Part shown: piece by piece, positions 1-10,152 of the stretch
Layout of the letters: every line of letters starts with the position of its first letter
Numbering within the stretch: position 1 is the stretch's first letter
DNA from: an uncultured archaeon
GTDB taxonomy: Archaea; Asgardarchaeota; Lokiarchaeia; Sigyniarchaeales; SOKP01
Reading direction: 5' to 3'
NCBI GenBank assembly: GCA_964388035.1
Contig: CAYLZE010000007.1
Location: 32,001 to 96,000, forward strand
DNA length: 64,000 nt
The notes under the pieces: generated by a model
Database searches by the model: none
Seen by the model: the letters and a program-made list of their open reading frames with translations, nothing else
Told to the model about the DNA's origin: nothing
Translations under genes and position numbers: made by a program

Positions 1-577
1 CAATCCTTCCCGTCGGGGTTGGTTTGATGTCATAAGGCCCCATAGGGGTAGTAGGTAAGATTGTACATGTCGGTAAACCTTTTTTATTCCATTTTAAGGC
101 AACCAATTCACCTAAATATTTCGATCTCTTATAATATCCCGATAATTCTCGTTTAGATGCAAACAATTCTTCATTGCCTAATGAACCATCAGAAGGCATC
201 CCAATTGCACTTTCTGAACTTGTATATATTACTTTTTTAATCTCTTTTTGATGTGCTATTTTCATCAATTTATCGGTTGCCCTAACATTGACATCATAGA
301 GTGCTTGAATTTTATTAAGATCTGCCCAAAACCAAAGAGGAGAAAAAACATAAATTCCACCATTGTGAATAATAAATTCACATCCTTCCATAGCGTTCTC
401 TAATGCTTTTTCATTCCTTAAATCCCCATAACATAATTCTATAGGTAAACCATTTATATTACTTAAGTCAGAAGTTTTTCTTACGAGTGCTTTCACATCA
501 TATTCCAATTTTAAAGCAGCACGTACAATATTAGCCCCTATAAACCCATTCGCACCCGTAATTAATATTTTAGACAT
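1..577 (-). CDS. NAD-dependent epimerase/dehydratase (extended SDR, HpnA/dihydroflavonol reductase-like); 3' end runs off the window
   Basis: Not in ORF track; translated by hand from ATG at 577: MSKILITGANGFIGANIV (GxxGxxG), TSSESAIG, YKRSK (YxxxK), PMGPYDIKPTPTG. Confidence 0.85.
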   Translation of the reverse strand, partial: MSKILITGANGFIGANIVRAALKLEYDVKALVRKTSDLSNINGLPIELCYGDLRNEKALENAMEGCEFIIHNGGIYVFSPLWFWADLNKIQALYDVNVRATDKLMKIAHQKEIKKVIYTSSESAIGMPSDGSLGNEELFASKRELSGYYKRSKYLGELVALKWNKKGLPTCTILPTTPMGPYDIKPTPTGRI

Positions 578-1195
578 ATTAAATATTACACGAATTTTTT
601 ATTATATAATATTTACGTCGTTTTACTTAAAGAGATTTCTTTATAGAAGGATTTTTGATATTACATTAATTTTAAATCAAGATTTTTCTAATAATTTACG
701 AAAGTCACGGACATTATTGAACTAAATGTAACACGTAAAAGAAAATATTAGAAGTTATTTTCCCAGACCAGCAGATTGGATAAATAAGAGTATCAGATTA
801 ATTGAATAAAATACATTTAAAAGTTTTTCGTAGTAAATTTTAAAGAATGTCTATCATAATTTTTTTATTGAATAACTTCCGCGAAATATATTTGTTGAAG
901 ATCTTTTCCAAATAAACTAGCTTCATTTTTTCCTTATAAATTACATGATAATTTCTCTCATGTTGCTTATGAGCTTACATATTTGTCCATTGAGACAAAA
1001 TTTTTAGCGTATTTTTCTAAAATACCTTTGAGTTGTTTAAAGATTGTTTCTAGATCTAGCATAGAAAAAAAATAAGCTATTTATTTAATCCTTGAACTTT
1101 TAATTCAAAATGAAATTAATATTAAATAAAGCCATGTAATACATAAGCTACAAAAATAAAAAAAATAAAGTTATATGATATTATATTAACATTTC

Positions 1196-2128
1196 TTAGT
1201 TTTCTTCTAAACGAACACCACAATGCATGCAAAATACTACCTTCCTGTCCGTGGGTAAAACATTATTGCAAAAAGGACATATCGATTTATCACTAATATC
1301 AGCTTCAATTACTTTTGGTAAATTTTCTCTCGGTAGACGAAAAGGTAATACATCAATAAAAGTTGATTTCTGTCCACAAGATGGGCAGTAATCCCTTTTC
1401 TTGCCAGTGAAATAATAAATTAACCATATTCCACCAACACAAAAAATAGAAAGCAAAACCATTGCAATGATGGGTCCGGGTTTATATTTCTTTTTAGGTC
1501 GAACAATATTTTTACATCTAGTACAATATTTCAAACCCTTCCAATTTGTAATAAATGGGTAATCTTCCATGTTGGGGGGTTCATGTTCAACCTCAATTTC
1601 TAATCTCTTTTTTGGATCAGCTTTGGCATAGTCAGCAACAGAATGGACTGTAAAGTTTCTAATAATTCTTTCTTTGAGTTTACTATGGACGGGATTATCA
1701 AATAAATATAGGGTTCTTAAATTCTTTAAATTTGATAATACGGGTAAGAACTGTATGTTGTTATTACTAATATCGAGATGCTCTAAGTCGGTTAATCCGG
1801 AATTATTAAGTGTAGAGAGATCTGATATTTGATTATTTTTTAATACTAACCTTTTTAATTTGTTTAATTTATCAAGCCCCTCAATTTTTTTAACATGATT
1901 ATTAGTCAGCGTTAAACTTTCTAAATTCACTAAATCTTCCAATCCAGAAATTTTCTCGATTTCATTATTACTTAAGTTTAATTGTTCTAAGTGATTTAAA
2001 TCGCTAAGTCCTTGAATATCAGTAATATTTTTAATATGTTTTCCTATAATAACCAAATTCCACTTTTTAAGCTCTCTTTTTACACGATATTTCTTAGATC
2101 CAAAAAGAACATATTTTTTATCTGAAAT
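1196..2128 (-). CDS. Leucine-rich repeat protein with C-terminal LITAF-like zinc/membrane domain and an extra zinc ribbon
   Basis: SDS22-like LRRs (LEQLNLSNNEIEKISGL); CTRC-hydrophobic segment-CPSC; CPFC/CMHC. Start extended from track TTG (2056) to in-frame ATT at 2128, 7 nt after SD AGGTGA. Confidence 0.75.
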   Translation of the reverse strand: MSDKKYVLFGSKKYRVKRELKKWNLVIIGKHIKNITDIQGLSDLNHLEQLNLSNNEIEKISGLEDLVNLESLTLTNNHVKKIEGLDKLNKLKRLVLKNNQISDLSTLNNSGLTDLEHLDISNNNIQFLPVLSNLKNLRTLYLFDNPVHSKLKERIIRNFTVHSVADYAKADPKKRLEIEVEHEPPNMEDYPFITNWKGLKYCTRCKNIVRPKKKYKPGPIIAMVLLSIFCVGGIWLIYYFTGKKRDYCPSCGQKSTFIDVLPFRLPRENLPKVIEADISDKSICPFCNNVLPTDRKVVFCMHCGVRLEEN

Positions 2129-2384
2129 AAAAATGTCACCTGGAGTATTGTTTTTTCTTAAAAAATGATGATTTAATTGAAAAAAATTTGTCTAATAAAA
2201 TTCTGTACAATGAATTTATAAATATATATTTCACAGATTATATAAAAACATTTTGAAATTATTTAAATAAAACATCCGAATTTTTAAATCTAGTTGATTA
2301 ACTTAAGGAAATTTTATCCTTTAAGACTAATTCAGTTTGCTGTTATTTTTAAAAATAAGATAAGGACTTCGTGAAACAAAGATT

Positions 2385-3038
2385 TCACGAACTATTGACA
2401 CCTTCAATTCCATTTAGGATAATTTTTATTGAATGATCGAAATATTGTTTTTTAGTAATTTTTAGTTGATTCAAGAGCATTTCATACTCAGATGGGACGT
2501 AAGCCGCTGCTTCTATTGAAGCACCAATGAAAAGCGTGGTTTGATAAGGATCTAAATCCGATTTAAGTGTTTTATCTTTAATTCCGGCAGAGATAGCTTT
2601 TTTTGTTAAATTTAATAGGTCAATTGTCAACTTAATATATTCTTGAGCGTTATCAATTTCATTATTAGCAATCATGGCAGCAAATCGAGGCCCTCGTGAT
2701 GCTAGATTAAGACGATAATAATCTGCATTTTGCTGAATGTAGTCATAAAATGCTCTTGCAATGCTTAAAACTTTATCCTTTCCACATTTCTCCTTCTTTA
2801 TGGTTTGTTTAAAAACATCTCTCAGCATGCTCATGCCTTTTATTACCACTGAGAAAAAAAGCGATTGTTTATTCTTATAATATAAATACAGCGTTCCCTT
2901 AGCTAATTCCACATCATTAGCAATATCTTCCATGGATACTTCATCATAAGTATATTTAAAGAATCTTTTCTGGGCTGCTTCGAGAATTTCCATTCTTCGC
3001 TCTAATTTCTCGCGTTCCCTGCGGGTCAATTCGGACAT
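2385..3038 (-). CDS. TetR/AcrR family transcriptional regulator
   Basis: N-terminal HTH: EVSMEDIANDVELAKGTLYLYYKNKQSLF. Confidence 0.93.
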   Translation of the reverse strand: MSELTRREREKLERRMEILEAAQKRFFKYTYDEVSMEDIANDVELAKGTLYLYYKNKQSLFFSVVIKGMSMLRDVFKQTIKKEKCGKDKVLSIARAFYDYIQQNADYYRLNLASRGPRFAAMIANNEIDNAQEYIKLTIDLLNLTKKAISAGIKDKTLKSDLDPYQTTLFIGASIEAAAYVPSEYEMLLNQLKITKKQYFDHSIKIILNGIEGVNSS

Positions 3039-3054
3039 TTTGATATATGAAATT

Positions 3055-3933
3055 TCATGTGATTTTCTTTTGATTAATCATATCGTTAACTCGAGCATAA
3101 GGATGGGGATATCTCCCTTTTTCTTCTGTATAAGATTTCATGTAATATTTCGAATATATTTGGATCGCTTCTGAGGGGCAAAAATTGAGACAGGCATAGC
3201 AAAAATAACAATCAACATTAGGTTGCCAGAATGGTCTTTCTTCTACCATGGTAATTCTGCCCGAAGGACACACTTTTTCACAAATTCCACATCCCGTGCA
3301 TTTTGAATTTGAATAAAAGTAATTCTTTTCTCTGGGAGCAAAGTAATGCACAGCAAAAGGAACCATGCGTTCTAATATACCATTTAATAATTTCGAGTTA
3401 GAAAATGTGACTCCATCCATATTATCAGTATAATTTTTCTTTTGCTTAATAATTTCTTCAATAAAGGTTAGTTTTTGTTGAGTTGTTTCCTCAAGGGTTA
3501 ATAATTCATCTTTTGAGGGAATTTCGAATGCTTTTAATTTGGGATCATTCGTATACATAGTTATTATAAAACATGCGTTCAAGTCTTTATTTTGCATTTT
3601 AAGTAATTTTTCAAGTAATTTCTTTCCACGAAATACTGATCCTCCTCTAGTTATTATCGAAAAAATATATTGGGACGACTTGAACGAAAATATTTTTAAA
3701 AAACGCTTAATAGGAATAGGAATGGTCAATCCATGACAAGGAAAGATAAGTCCAATTATTTCTGCTTCTGAAATAAATTTATCGTTTTGAGTTTTTTTAT
3801 CTTGATTATTTGTTAAATACTCCTTAAGAATTGAAGCAATGGGGATGATCTTGGAGTTAGGAAGTTTAAGGGATAATTCCTTTGCGATAAATAAGGAATT
3901 TCCGGTACCAGAAAAATAATATAATTCAATCAT
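3055..3933 (-). CDS. EFR1-type flavodoxin/4Fe-4S ferredoxin fusion
   Basis: YFSGTGNS flavodoxin-like start; CTGCGICEKVCP and CYFCYACLNFCP. Confidence 0.88.
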   Translation of the reverse strand: MIELYYFSGTGNSLFIAKELSLKLPNSKIIPIASILKEYLTNNQDKKTQNDKFISEAEIIGLIFPCHGLTIPIPIKRFLKIFSFKSSQYIFSIITRGGSVFRGKKLLEKLLKMQNKDLNACFIITMYTNDPKLKAFEIPSKDELLTLEETTQQKLTFIEEIIKQKKNYTDNMDGVTFSNSKLLNGILERMVPFAVHYFAPREKNYFYSNSKCTGCGICEKVCPSGRITMVEERPFWQPNVDCYFCYACLNFCPSEAIQIYSKYYMKSYTEEKGRYPHPYARVNDMINQKKIT

Positions 3934-3962
3934 TTTTAATGCGATAAGAATTTTTTATTTTT

Positions 3963-4015
3963 AATGACCATAATTCATCAAGTGAACCTTGGTCAGTTGA
4001 TGAACGATAGTCATT
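3963..4015. promoter_or_regulatory. Three TGA-N7-TCA boxes at 18-bp period, putative TetR operator
   Basis: TGACCATAATTCA 3965-3977, TGAACCTTGGTCA 3983-3995, TGAACGATAGTCA 4001-4013, lying between a TTTAAATA TATA-like element (minus strand, ~4021-4028) and the ferredoxin start. Confidence 0.65.
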
Positions 4016-4186
4016 TTCTATATTTAAATCTTCCTATTTCACCCTAAGGAAAAATTAGTAGTGAAAAGACCATAATATGAATCCTTTAACCTTTTGATAA
4101 AACATTTAATAATTGGTCCAAAGAAATAGTCAAATAGTTAACTCTATTATGTTAAAATAAGCTAAATACTGAAAATATAATCGCGG

Positions 4187-4708
4187 TTATAATTCCATTT
4201 TTTTCTTAATTTCATTCAACATGTTATCTTTTTCCTTGTTAATATCTTCTAATATTTCCCTAAAAATCTGATTGATATCAATCCCTTTCAATTCACAGGC
4301 TATAAACAGTAAAGATGCAATTTCCCTCGTTAATGTTTTGAAAGATATAATATCAGTTATAGGGATTCGTATGCCTAAAGCTTTCATGTCCTGTTTTTGT
4401 TCAAGATCATATTGCTTAATTGCAATTAAAATATCATTTTTACGACCTTTCCACATTTCAGATATAGCCCTTACCGACAACATGTATCTCTTGGAAGGGC
4501 TTGCAATTCCGTGCACATCTTTCGCAAAATCCAAGGGTTCCGAATTTTGAAGAGTCTTAAGTCCAAAACTCCGGTTAAATTTATCTTGTTTATCTAATTT
4601 ATGTTTCATTTGAGAAATTTCACTGGTCATTTGTTCCATTTTTAACGACAATCTCTCAAAATTCTCAAGAAACAATTCTTTACTCAATTGATCTTCAGAT
4701 TCATTCAT
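4187..4708 (-). CDS. Hypothetical protein with N-terminal coiled coil
   Basis: 173-aa ORF, helical and charged; no recognisable motif. Confidence 0.6.
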   Translation of the reverse strand: MNESEDQLSKELFLENFERLSLKMEQMTSEISQMKHKLDKQDKFNRSFGLKTLQNSEPLDFAKDVHGIASPSKRYMLSVRAISEMWKGRKNDILIAIKQYDLEQKQDMKALGIRIPITDIISFKTLTREIASLLFIACELKGIDINQIFREILEDINKEKDNMLNEIKKKMEL

Positions 4709-4984
4709 TCTTTATTAGATTTCAGTTATAATTTATACATCTATTGAATTGTTAATTTAAATAAATTATTATTAAATCAATAATCTCAGAAGATTTTTTG
4801 ATTTATTATCAACAAGATAGGAACCAAAAAATCAGCTAAATACATGTATAAAATAAATAATAATGGAATGACATAGCGATATATATTTTCTGAGAAGAAG
4901 ATCTCAAAGTTAAGTCTTTATAATTTAAATAGTTTTTTTTGCAGATCATTTTTTAATGTCATTAAATTATAAAAAGCATACAAC

Positions 4985-6415
4985 ATGGCAGAATCTGAAA
5001 AAAGCAGTCCTATCTCCAAATCTAAAGAAAAGCAAGGAGTTAAATCCAGAGTTTGGCCCGCTTTTTTATTTCCCATGGGAAATTCTTTCCAAGAACCACA
5101 TCTCTGGCTAGCGATAAACATGATAGTAATTTCACGCATAATATGGCCATCCGATCCCATTCATACCGAACAAATCGCATTATTATTTGGATTATGCTAT
5201 ATTTTTGGTGCTTTTTCTAAATTAACTTCTGGTATTTTAGCGGATAGATATTCCCGTATAAAACTAATAGCTATAACTAGTATTGGGTCGAGCTTTTCTT
5301 TCATGCTATACGGATTCATGCCTGAGGGATTAGCAATGGTGACATTCTATTATATAATAGGAATTTCTCTATTACGTGAAACATTTACGGGAACGGAAAC
5401 TGTTATTCCATCTTTCATAGATGATGCGGTTGATGAGCATAGAAGAACAGAAATATTTGGTTTAACTACTATTCTATATCAATTAATGTCCATCATTTCT
5501 ACTCTAATAGCTTCCTATTTCTTTAGATATGTCTGGAAGCAATACTTTTTGATTGCGGGATTAGGTGGGTTAATTGTTGGCGTTATCATTTTAATAAAAG
5601 GAGTCGAACCAAAACGTGCTTCTAAAAGAAATGAGTTGTCCCATCTTTTACATTCAAAGGAAATTGAATATAAATATAATTTAACTAAGGAAACCTTTAA
5701 ATCTACTATTTTCTCAAAAACTAATCTCATTATAATTGGTGAAGGTTTTTTTACCCAAATTATATTAGTTGTCCCCTATGTTTTTCTTATAGGATATCTC
5801 GAATCCCCTCCATATAATTTTTCCCCCGTTATTTTTGCTTATTTGGGAATACTCTTTGGTGGACCAGGAATGATCCTCGGCAATATTATTTTTTCAAAAA
5901 AAATTGATAAAGCGGCTCAAAAAAACATTAAAAATCGGATTTATTTCATATTTACATTTCTAATTATCTCCTTTATTGCTTGGGGGTTAATGTTATTCAT
6001 TCCTTATAAAGAAATGAGTGTATTGGAAGGAGATAATTTTATAATTTTTATATCGTATCCCGCACACATCCTCGCAGGAATTATATATGCTTTAGGATTC
6101 TTGTCAATAGGAATTTTTGCAATTACACAACGTCCCTTAATCCAAAAACTTAATCTCCCAGAAGCACAAGGATCTATTAGTTCAATAAATAGTTTTTTTG
6201 AGATTTTCTCAATAGGATTAGGGGCTATCATAGCGGGGTTTATTTTAAGTTTATTTAATACCAATTATCAATTGACTGTATTGGTGTTAGTGATTATTGG
6301 ACTGATTGGAGCATTAATTTGGCTTTTCGCTTTAAAAACAATTGAAACGGATGTTAACCGAATCTCTGATATATTAAAACAAAGGTCAGAAGATATGAAT
6401 ACTATTAATGGGTAA
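4985..6415 (+). CDS. MFS transporter
   Basis: About 12 TM segments; motif A-like GILADRYSRIK. Confidence 0.85.
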   Translation: MAESEKSSPISKSKEKQGVKSRVWPAFLFPMGNSFQEPHLWLAINMIVISRIIWPSDPIHTEQIALLFGLCYIFGAFSKLTSGILADRYSRIKLIAITSIGSSFSFMLYGFMPEGLAMVTFYYIIGISLLRETFTGTETVIPSFIDDAVDEHRRTEIFGLTTILYQLMSIISTLIASYFFRYVWKQYFLIAGLGGLIVGVIILIKGVEPKRASKRNELSHLLHSKEIEYKYNLTKETFKSTIFSKTNLIIIGEGFFTQIILVVPYVFLIGYLESPPYNFSPVIFAYLGILFGGPGMILGNIIFSKKIDKAAQKNIKNRIYFIFTFLIISFIAWGLMLFIPYKEMSVLEGDNFIIFISYPAHILAGIIYALGFLSIGIFAITQRPLIQKLNLPEAQGSISSINSFFEIFSIGLGAIIAGFILSLFNTNYQLTVLVLVIIGLIGALIWLFALKTIETDVNRISDILKQRSEDMNTING

Positions 6416-6534
6416 AAAATCTCAATAAATTATCTTTTTAATTTTTTTAAAAATAAAAATTACTAAACAATTCCCTCGGAATTCTTTAGTTTAATTTATT
6501 AAAATAATAGTAGTAATTGATATAAAACTTATAA

Positions 6535-7941
6535 TTAGATTTCATTATTATTATTTTCTTCGTTAGAATCGTCGAATTTATTATTAGAATCCATTTTTTT
6601 GCTAACATCATCTTGCTTCCCTTCCTCAGTAGGCTCAACTGATGCATTATCTCTCGAAGAATCGGATTTCAATTCATCTCTTAATTTTGCCATTTCCGCT
6701 TCAAGCTCTTCATCTTTTAATTCGAAAGGAACATTATCATCCTCCATTTCAGCGTCTTGTATTAATCCCTCTAAAGTATCGTATTCGCTTGTTTCTTCTT
6801 CAGATCCTCCTAATCCTCCTAATTCGTCGAATTCTTCTAACTCTTCTGATTTTAATACTTCTTCCAATTGCTTTAATCCGGGACCTTGTTCTTGGACAAT
6901 AAATTTTCTTAATTCATAGCTACCCACAATAACAATAAGTAAAATGAAGAAAATCAGAATTCCCACATTTTTATAAAGAGAGAGATCGGAACCTATCAAT
7001 ATAATAGTATCTAGTTGAAGAATATTCTGAAGAGCAGGAACGGAATTTAAGAGATCGTAATTAAAATTATTGTAAAATTCATAACAAGCTTTTGAAGCGA
7101 TTAAAGTGATCATTGCCGTATCAATTCCAAAAAATCTAGAATTTAACTTTTTTACCAAGAGCTCAGCCTTATCACTTAAAATAGCGCTGACATTATAAAT
7201 TAATAATCCTATATCCAAGATGTATAATCCAATTTGAGCTGTTAATGTGGTAGTTCCCGAACTACTAAGGGACAAAAAGACTTGGATTACCAAGTAAAAG
7301 GTATAAATAGAAATTAACACTAGGAAAAGCCCAGACCAACCCACTAAAATCTTTTTCTTAGCTAATACATAGAGATTATAAACAAAATAACTAATCAAGA
7401 TGATTCCTACGACAAGATATACCAGATTGATGAATATAGGAATTGAAGGAGATAAAAAGATTACATAGATAATAGATCCCGTAGTAAAAATCCCTAATAA
7501 AAGTATAGAAAGAATAAATCCTCCAAATAATTCCAAACCCCTTGTAAATTTATTATACTTCCTATTTTTTAGGGTTTTATCAACTCTATTAGCGGTTAGA
7601 TAACACCAATACAAGGTAAACCACGATTGAAGAAATACATAGACGAGCACTGCAACCAACGCTAAAATGACTAAAAATGCAAAAATTAATATGAGAAAAG
7701 GTAGGGATATGAAAAAAAAAATAATGATCTGATAAGTGGGATACTCTTCGACATTTTTTTTTGAAATAAGGGAGAGAAATAGAAGAAAGACTAAAAAGGC
7801 AAGCATGGGAAGAAAAATGAATACTCCTACAACCGGAAAGAAGCGCATAAATCCAATTCCTCCGATCAACCATACTACTAATACAGAATAACGCCAATTA
7901 TTCTTAGCAAAAAGGTTTCTAATATTCTCTATTGTTCCCAT
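6535..7941 (-). CDS. Polytopic membrane protein with ~120-aa acidic C-terminal tail
   Basis: Many hydrophobic segments followed by an E/D/S/N-rich low-complexity tail. Confidence 0.7.
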   Translation of the reverse strand: MGTIENIRNLFAKNNWRYSVLVVWLIGGIGFMRFFPVVGVFIFLPMLAFLVFLLFLSLISKKNVEEYPTYQIIIFFFISLPFLILIFAFLVILALVAVLVYVFLQSWFTLYWCYLTANRVDKTLKNRKYNKFTRGLELFGGFILSILLLGIFTTGSIIYVIFLSPSIPIFINLVYLVVGIILISYFVYNLYVLAKKKILVGWSGLFLVLISIYTFYLVIQVFLSLSSSGTTTLTAQIGLYILDIGLLIYNVSAILSDKAELLVKKLNSRFFGIDTAMITLIASKACYEFYNNFNYDLLNSVPALQNILQLDTIILIGSDLSLYKNVGILIFFILLIVIVGSYELRKFIVQEQGPGLKQLEEVLKSEELEEFDELGGLGGSEEETSEYDTLEGLIQDAEMEDDNVPFELKDEELEAEMAKLRDELKSDSSRDNASVEPTEEGKQDDVSKKMDSNNKFDDSNEENNNNEI

Positions 7942-8027
7942 AAATAAAACATCTTAAAAGTCCTATTTAAAATTTATTACTGTTGGAGGAAAGGGGATCC
8001 TTAAAAGTAAATAAAATCGTTTCTTTG

Positions 8028-8828
8028 TTATAGAAAATCAATCAATTTTTTTTGTAAACTAAAATTTGTATAAGAAAGATCATATTTCTTTTTTAAGATA
8101 TTTGATGTTTCTGGAGCGAATCCTGAAAAATGATTATTTACAATGATAAAAATCTTGTACATTTTTGGACTTTTTTTAAGAGTTTGAAGCTGCTGGTCCA
8201 GATGATTTAGAGCGTCATGTTGCTCTCGCTGTACCATATTAAATTTGCTTAATCTTCGATCTCCAATCAGACGTATGTAATAATGTTCTTGATCTGGGAA
8301 ATAGTATGGATTTACATTTTTCAAATAACTAGTTGCAATTATTACATTACTTTTTTTAACTATTTGAGACAGAACTCGTTCTTGAAACCAATCATCATCT
8401 CTGAATTCTAATATTAATTTCTTTTTGGTAGGAACTCTACTTAGTATTGAGAATAATTTTTGTAGATGATTTTCTGAAAATTTGAACCAAGGAGGAAATT
8501 GAAATAAATATCCAAAAATTTTATTTTCTAATTCTCTAAATCGGTCAAAAAATGAGGTGATTAATTCTTGAGATTCGAAATTGTTCATGTCGTGGGTTAT
8601 TTCTTTATTAACTTTAATGATATAAATAAAATCATTGGGAACAGAATCCTTCCAATGCAATATGGTTTCTTCCGAGGGCCGATTGTAAAAAGTGGAATTT
8701 ACTTCATTTACATCAAAATATTGAGCATAAAACCCAAGATGTTCGTGATTTTGTAATCTTTTTGGATAAAAAGAACCGATCCAATCCTTATATTCCCATC
8801 CTGCGCAGCCAATATAAAGTTCTATCAT
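8028..8828 (-). CDS. DUF72 family protein
   Basis: IGCAGWEYKDW, EVNSTFY, LFQFPP, YIRLIG, VNNH motifs. Confidence 0.9.
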   Translation of the reverse strand: MIELYIGCAGWEYKDWIGSFYPKRLQNHEHLGFYAQYFDVNEVNSTFYNRPSEETILHWKDSVPNDFIYIIKVNKEITHDMNNFESQELITSFFDRFRELENKIFGYLFQFPPWFKFSENHLQKLFSILSRVPTKKKLILEFRDDDWFQERVLSQIVKKSNVIIATSYLKNVNPYYFPDQEHYYIRLIGDRRLSKFNMVQREQHDALNHLDQQLQTLKKSPKMYKIFIIVNNHFSGFAPETSNILKKKYDLSYTNFSLQKKLIDFL

Positions 8829-8951
8829 CGAGAAAGAGCTAATTAAAAATTTAGTTATTTTATTAATAATAAACTATATAGGCATTTAAATTCTAAATTT
8901 ATGTAAAATTAATTTATAAAACTCTTGTGAAGTAAACCAGAATAAAGCATC

Positions 8952-10058
8952 ATGAATGATATTTATTGGGATGATAATTCTGATATAGACAATCAGTTGG
9001 AAATTTCAAAATATGAAAATTTGCAGAGTTTTAAACAAATTTTAGAAAAGAAGAATAACAATAAAAAAGAAACATGGAACACTAACAATCAAAGGAATTG
9101 GAGAAATTTACTATTTTGGGAAGATAATTTAAACGTATTGTATTATCTTTTAAATGATCATGAAGAAAAAGTGGATTTAATTTATATAGATCCTCCTTTT
9201 TTCTCGGGAGTTAATTATAATATTGGAATTCAAGAGAATGGAATAGAGAAGGAAACCCTTGCGTATGGAGATACGTGGCAAAAGGATCTCAATAAGTATC
9301 TTGGCATGTTAAATAGGCGGATTTATTTAATGCGAAAATTGTTGAAAAAAGAGGGATTAATTTTTATCCACTCAGACTGGCATGCCGTTCATTATATCAG
9401 AATCCTACTAGATAGAATTTTCGGTCCGGAAAGATTTGTAAATGAAATAATATGGTATTATTACAATAAATATTCAGCGGGAAAAAAGACCCTTCCTAGA
9501 GCTCATGATAATATCTTGGTGTATTCCAAATCAAATGATTATGCTCTTAATGAAATTCGCATTCCGCGACAAAAACCCACCAAACAACTCAAGAGAGTGA
9601 TGGTTGATGGAGTATTGAAAAATGCTAAGGATGAGAAAGGGCATGTCATTTATAGAATCGTTAATGATAAAAAAATGGATGATGTATGGAAATTACCTTG
9701 CCTCCAACCTGCTTCAAAAGAGTTTACGGGATATCCTACTCAGAAACATCATGATTTGATAAAAAGAATCATTACACTAGGGTCAAATGAAGGAGATTTG
9801 GTTGCAGATTTCTTTTGTGGTTCTGGAACTACTTTACTCGTTGCTGAGCAATTAAATAGAAGATGGATTGGTTCGGATCTTTCAAAGTATGCTATTTATT
9901 TAACAAGAAAAAGGCTATTGAAACTCTACAATAAAGAGAGGAATAGTTTACAAAATTCTTGCTTTTTCGAGATATTTAGTACTATCAATGAAGAAAGAAA
10001 GAAAATTATTGATTCTGGATTTTTTGATAAAAAATTTACTATTAAAAAAGCAAGATAA
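8952..10058 (+). CDS. Site-specific DNA methyltransferase (N6-adenine/N4-cytosine, beta class)
   Basis: Catalytic IYIDPPF precedes SAM-binding ADFFCGSGTT; YPTQK. Confidence 0.9.
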   Translation: MNDIYWDDNSDIDNQLEISKYENLQSFKQILEKKNNNKKETWNTNNQRNWRNLLFWEDNLNVLYYLLNDHEEKVDLIYIDPPFFSGVNYNIGIQENGIEKETLAYGDTWQKDLNKYLGMLNRRIYLMRKLLKKEGLIFIHSDWHAVHYIRILLDRIFGPERFVNEIIWYYYNKYSAGKKTLPRAHDNILVYSKSNDYALNEIRIPRQKPTKQLKRVMVDGVLKNAKDEKGHVIYRIVNDKKMDDVWKLPCLQPASKEFTGYPTQKHHDLIKRIITLGSNEGDLVADFFCGSGTTLLVAEQLNRRWIGSDLSKYAIYLTRKRLLKLYNKERNSLQNSCFFEIFSTINEERKKIIDSGFFDKKFTIKKAR

Positions 10059-10152
10059 AGTTAAAATACTTCATAATATTAGCCAAAAAAGACCCTTCTG
10101 AAAGATTAAGTTAAGAAAAGAAGAAAAATTAAAAAAAAAAATATCGATTTAT

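Noticed and set aside
578-1195. Long intergenic region as a hidden gene or RNA
   Set aside because: No convincing ORF, stem or C/D layout seen by eye
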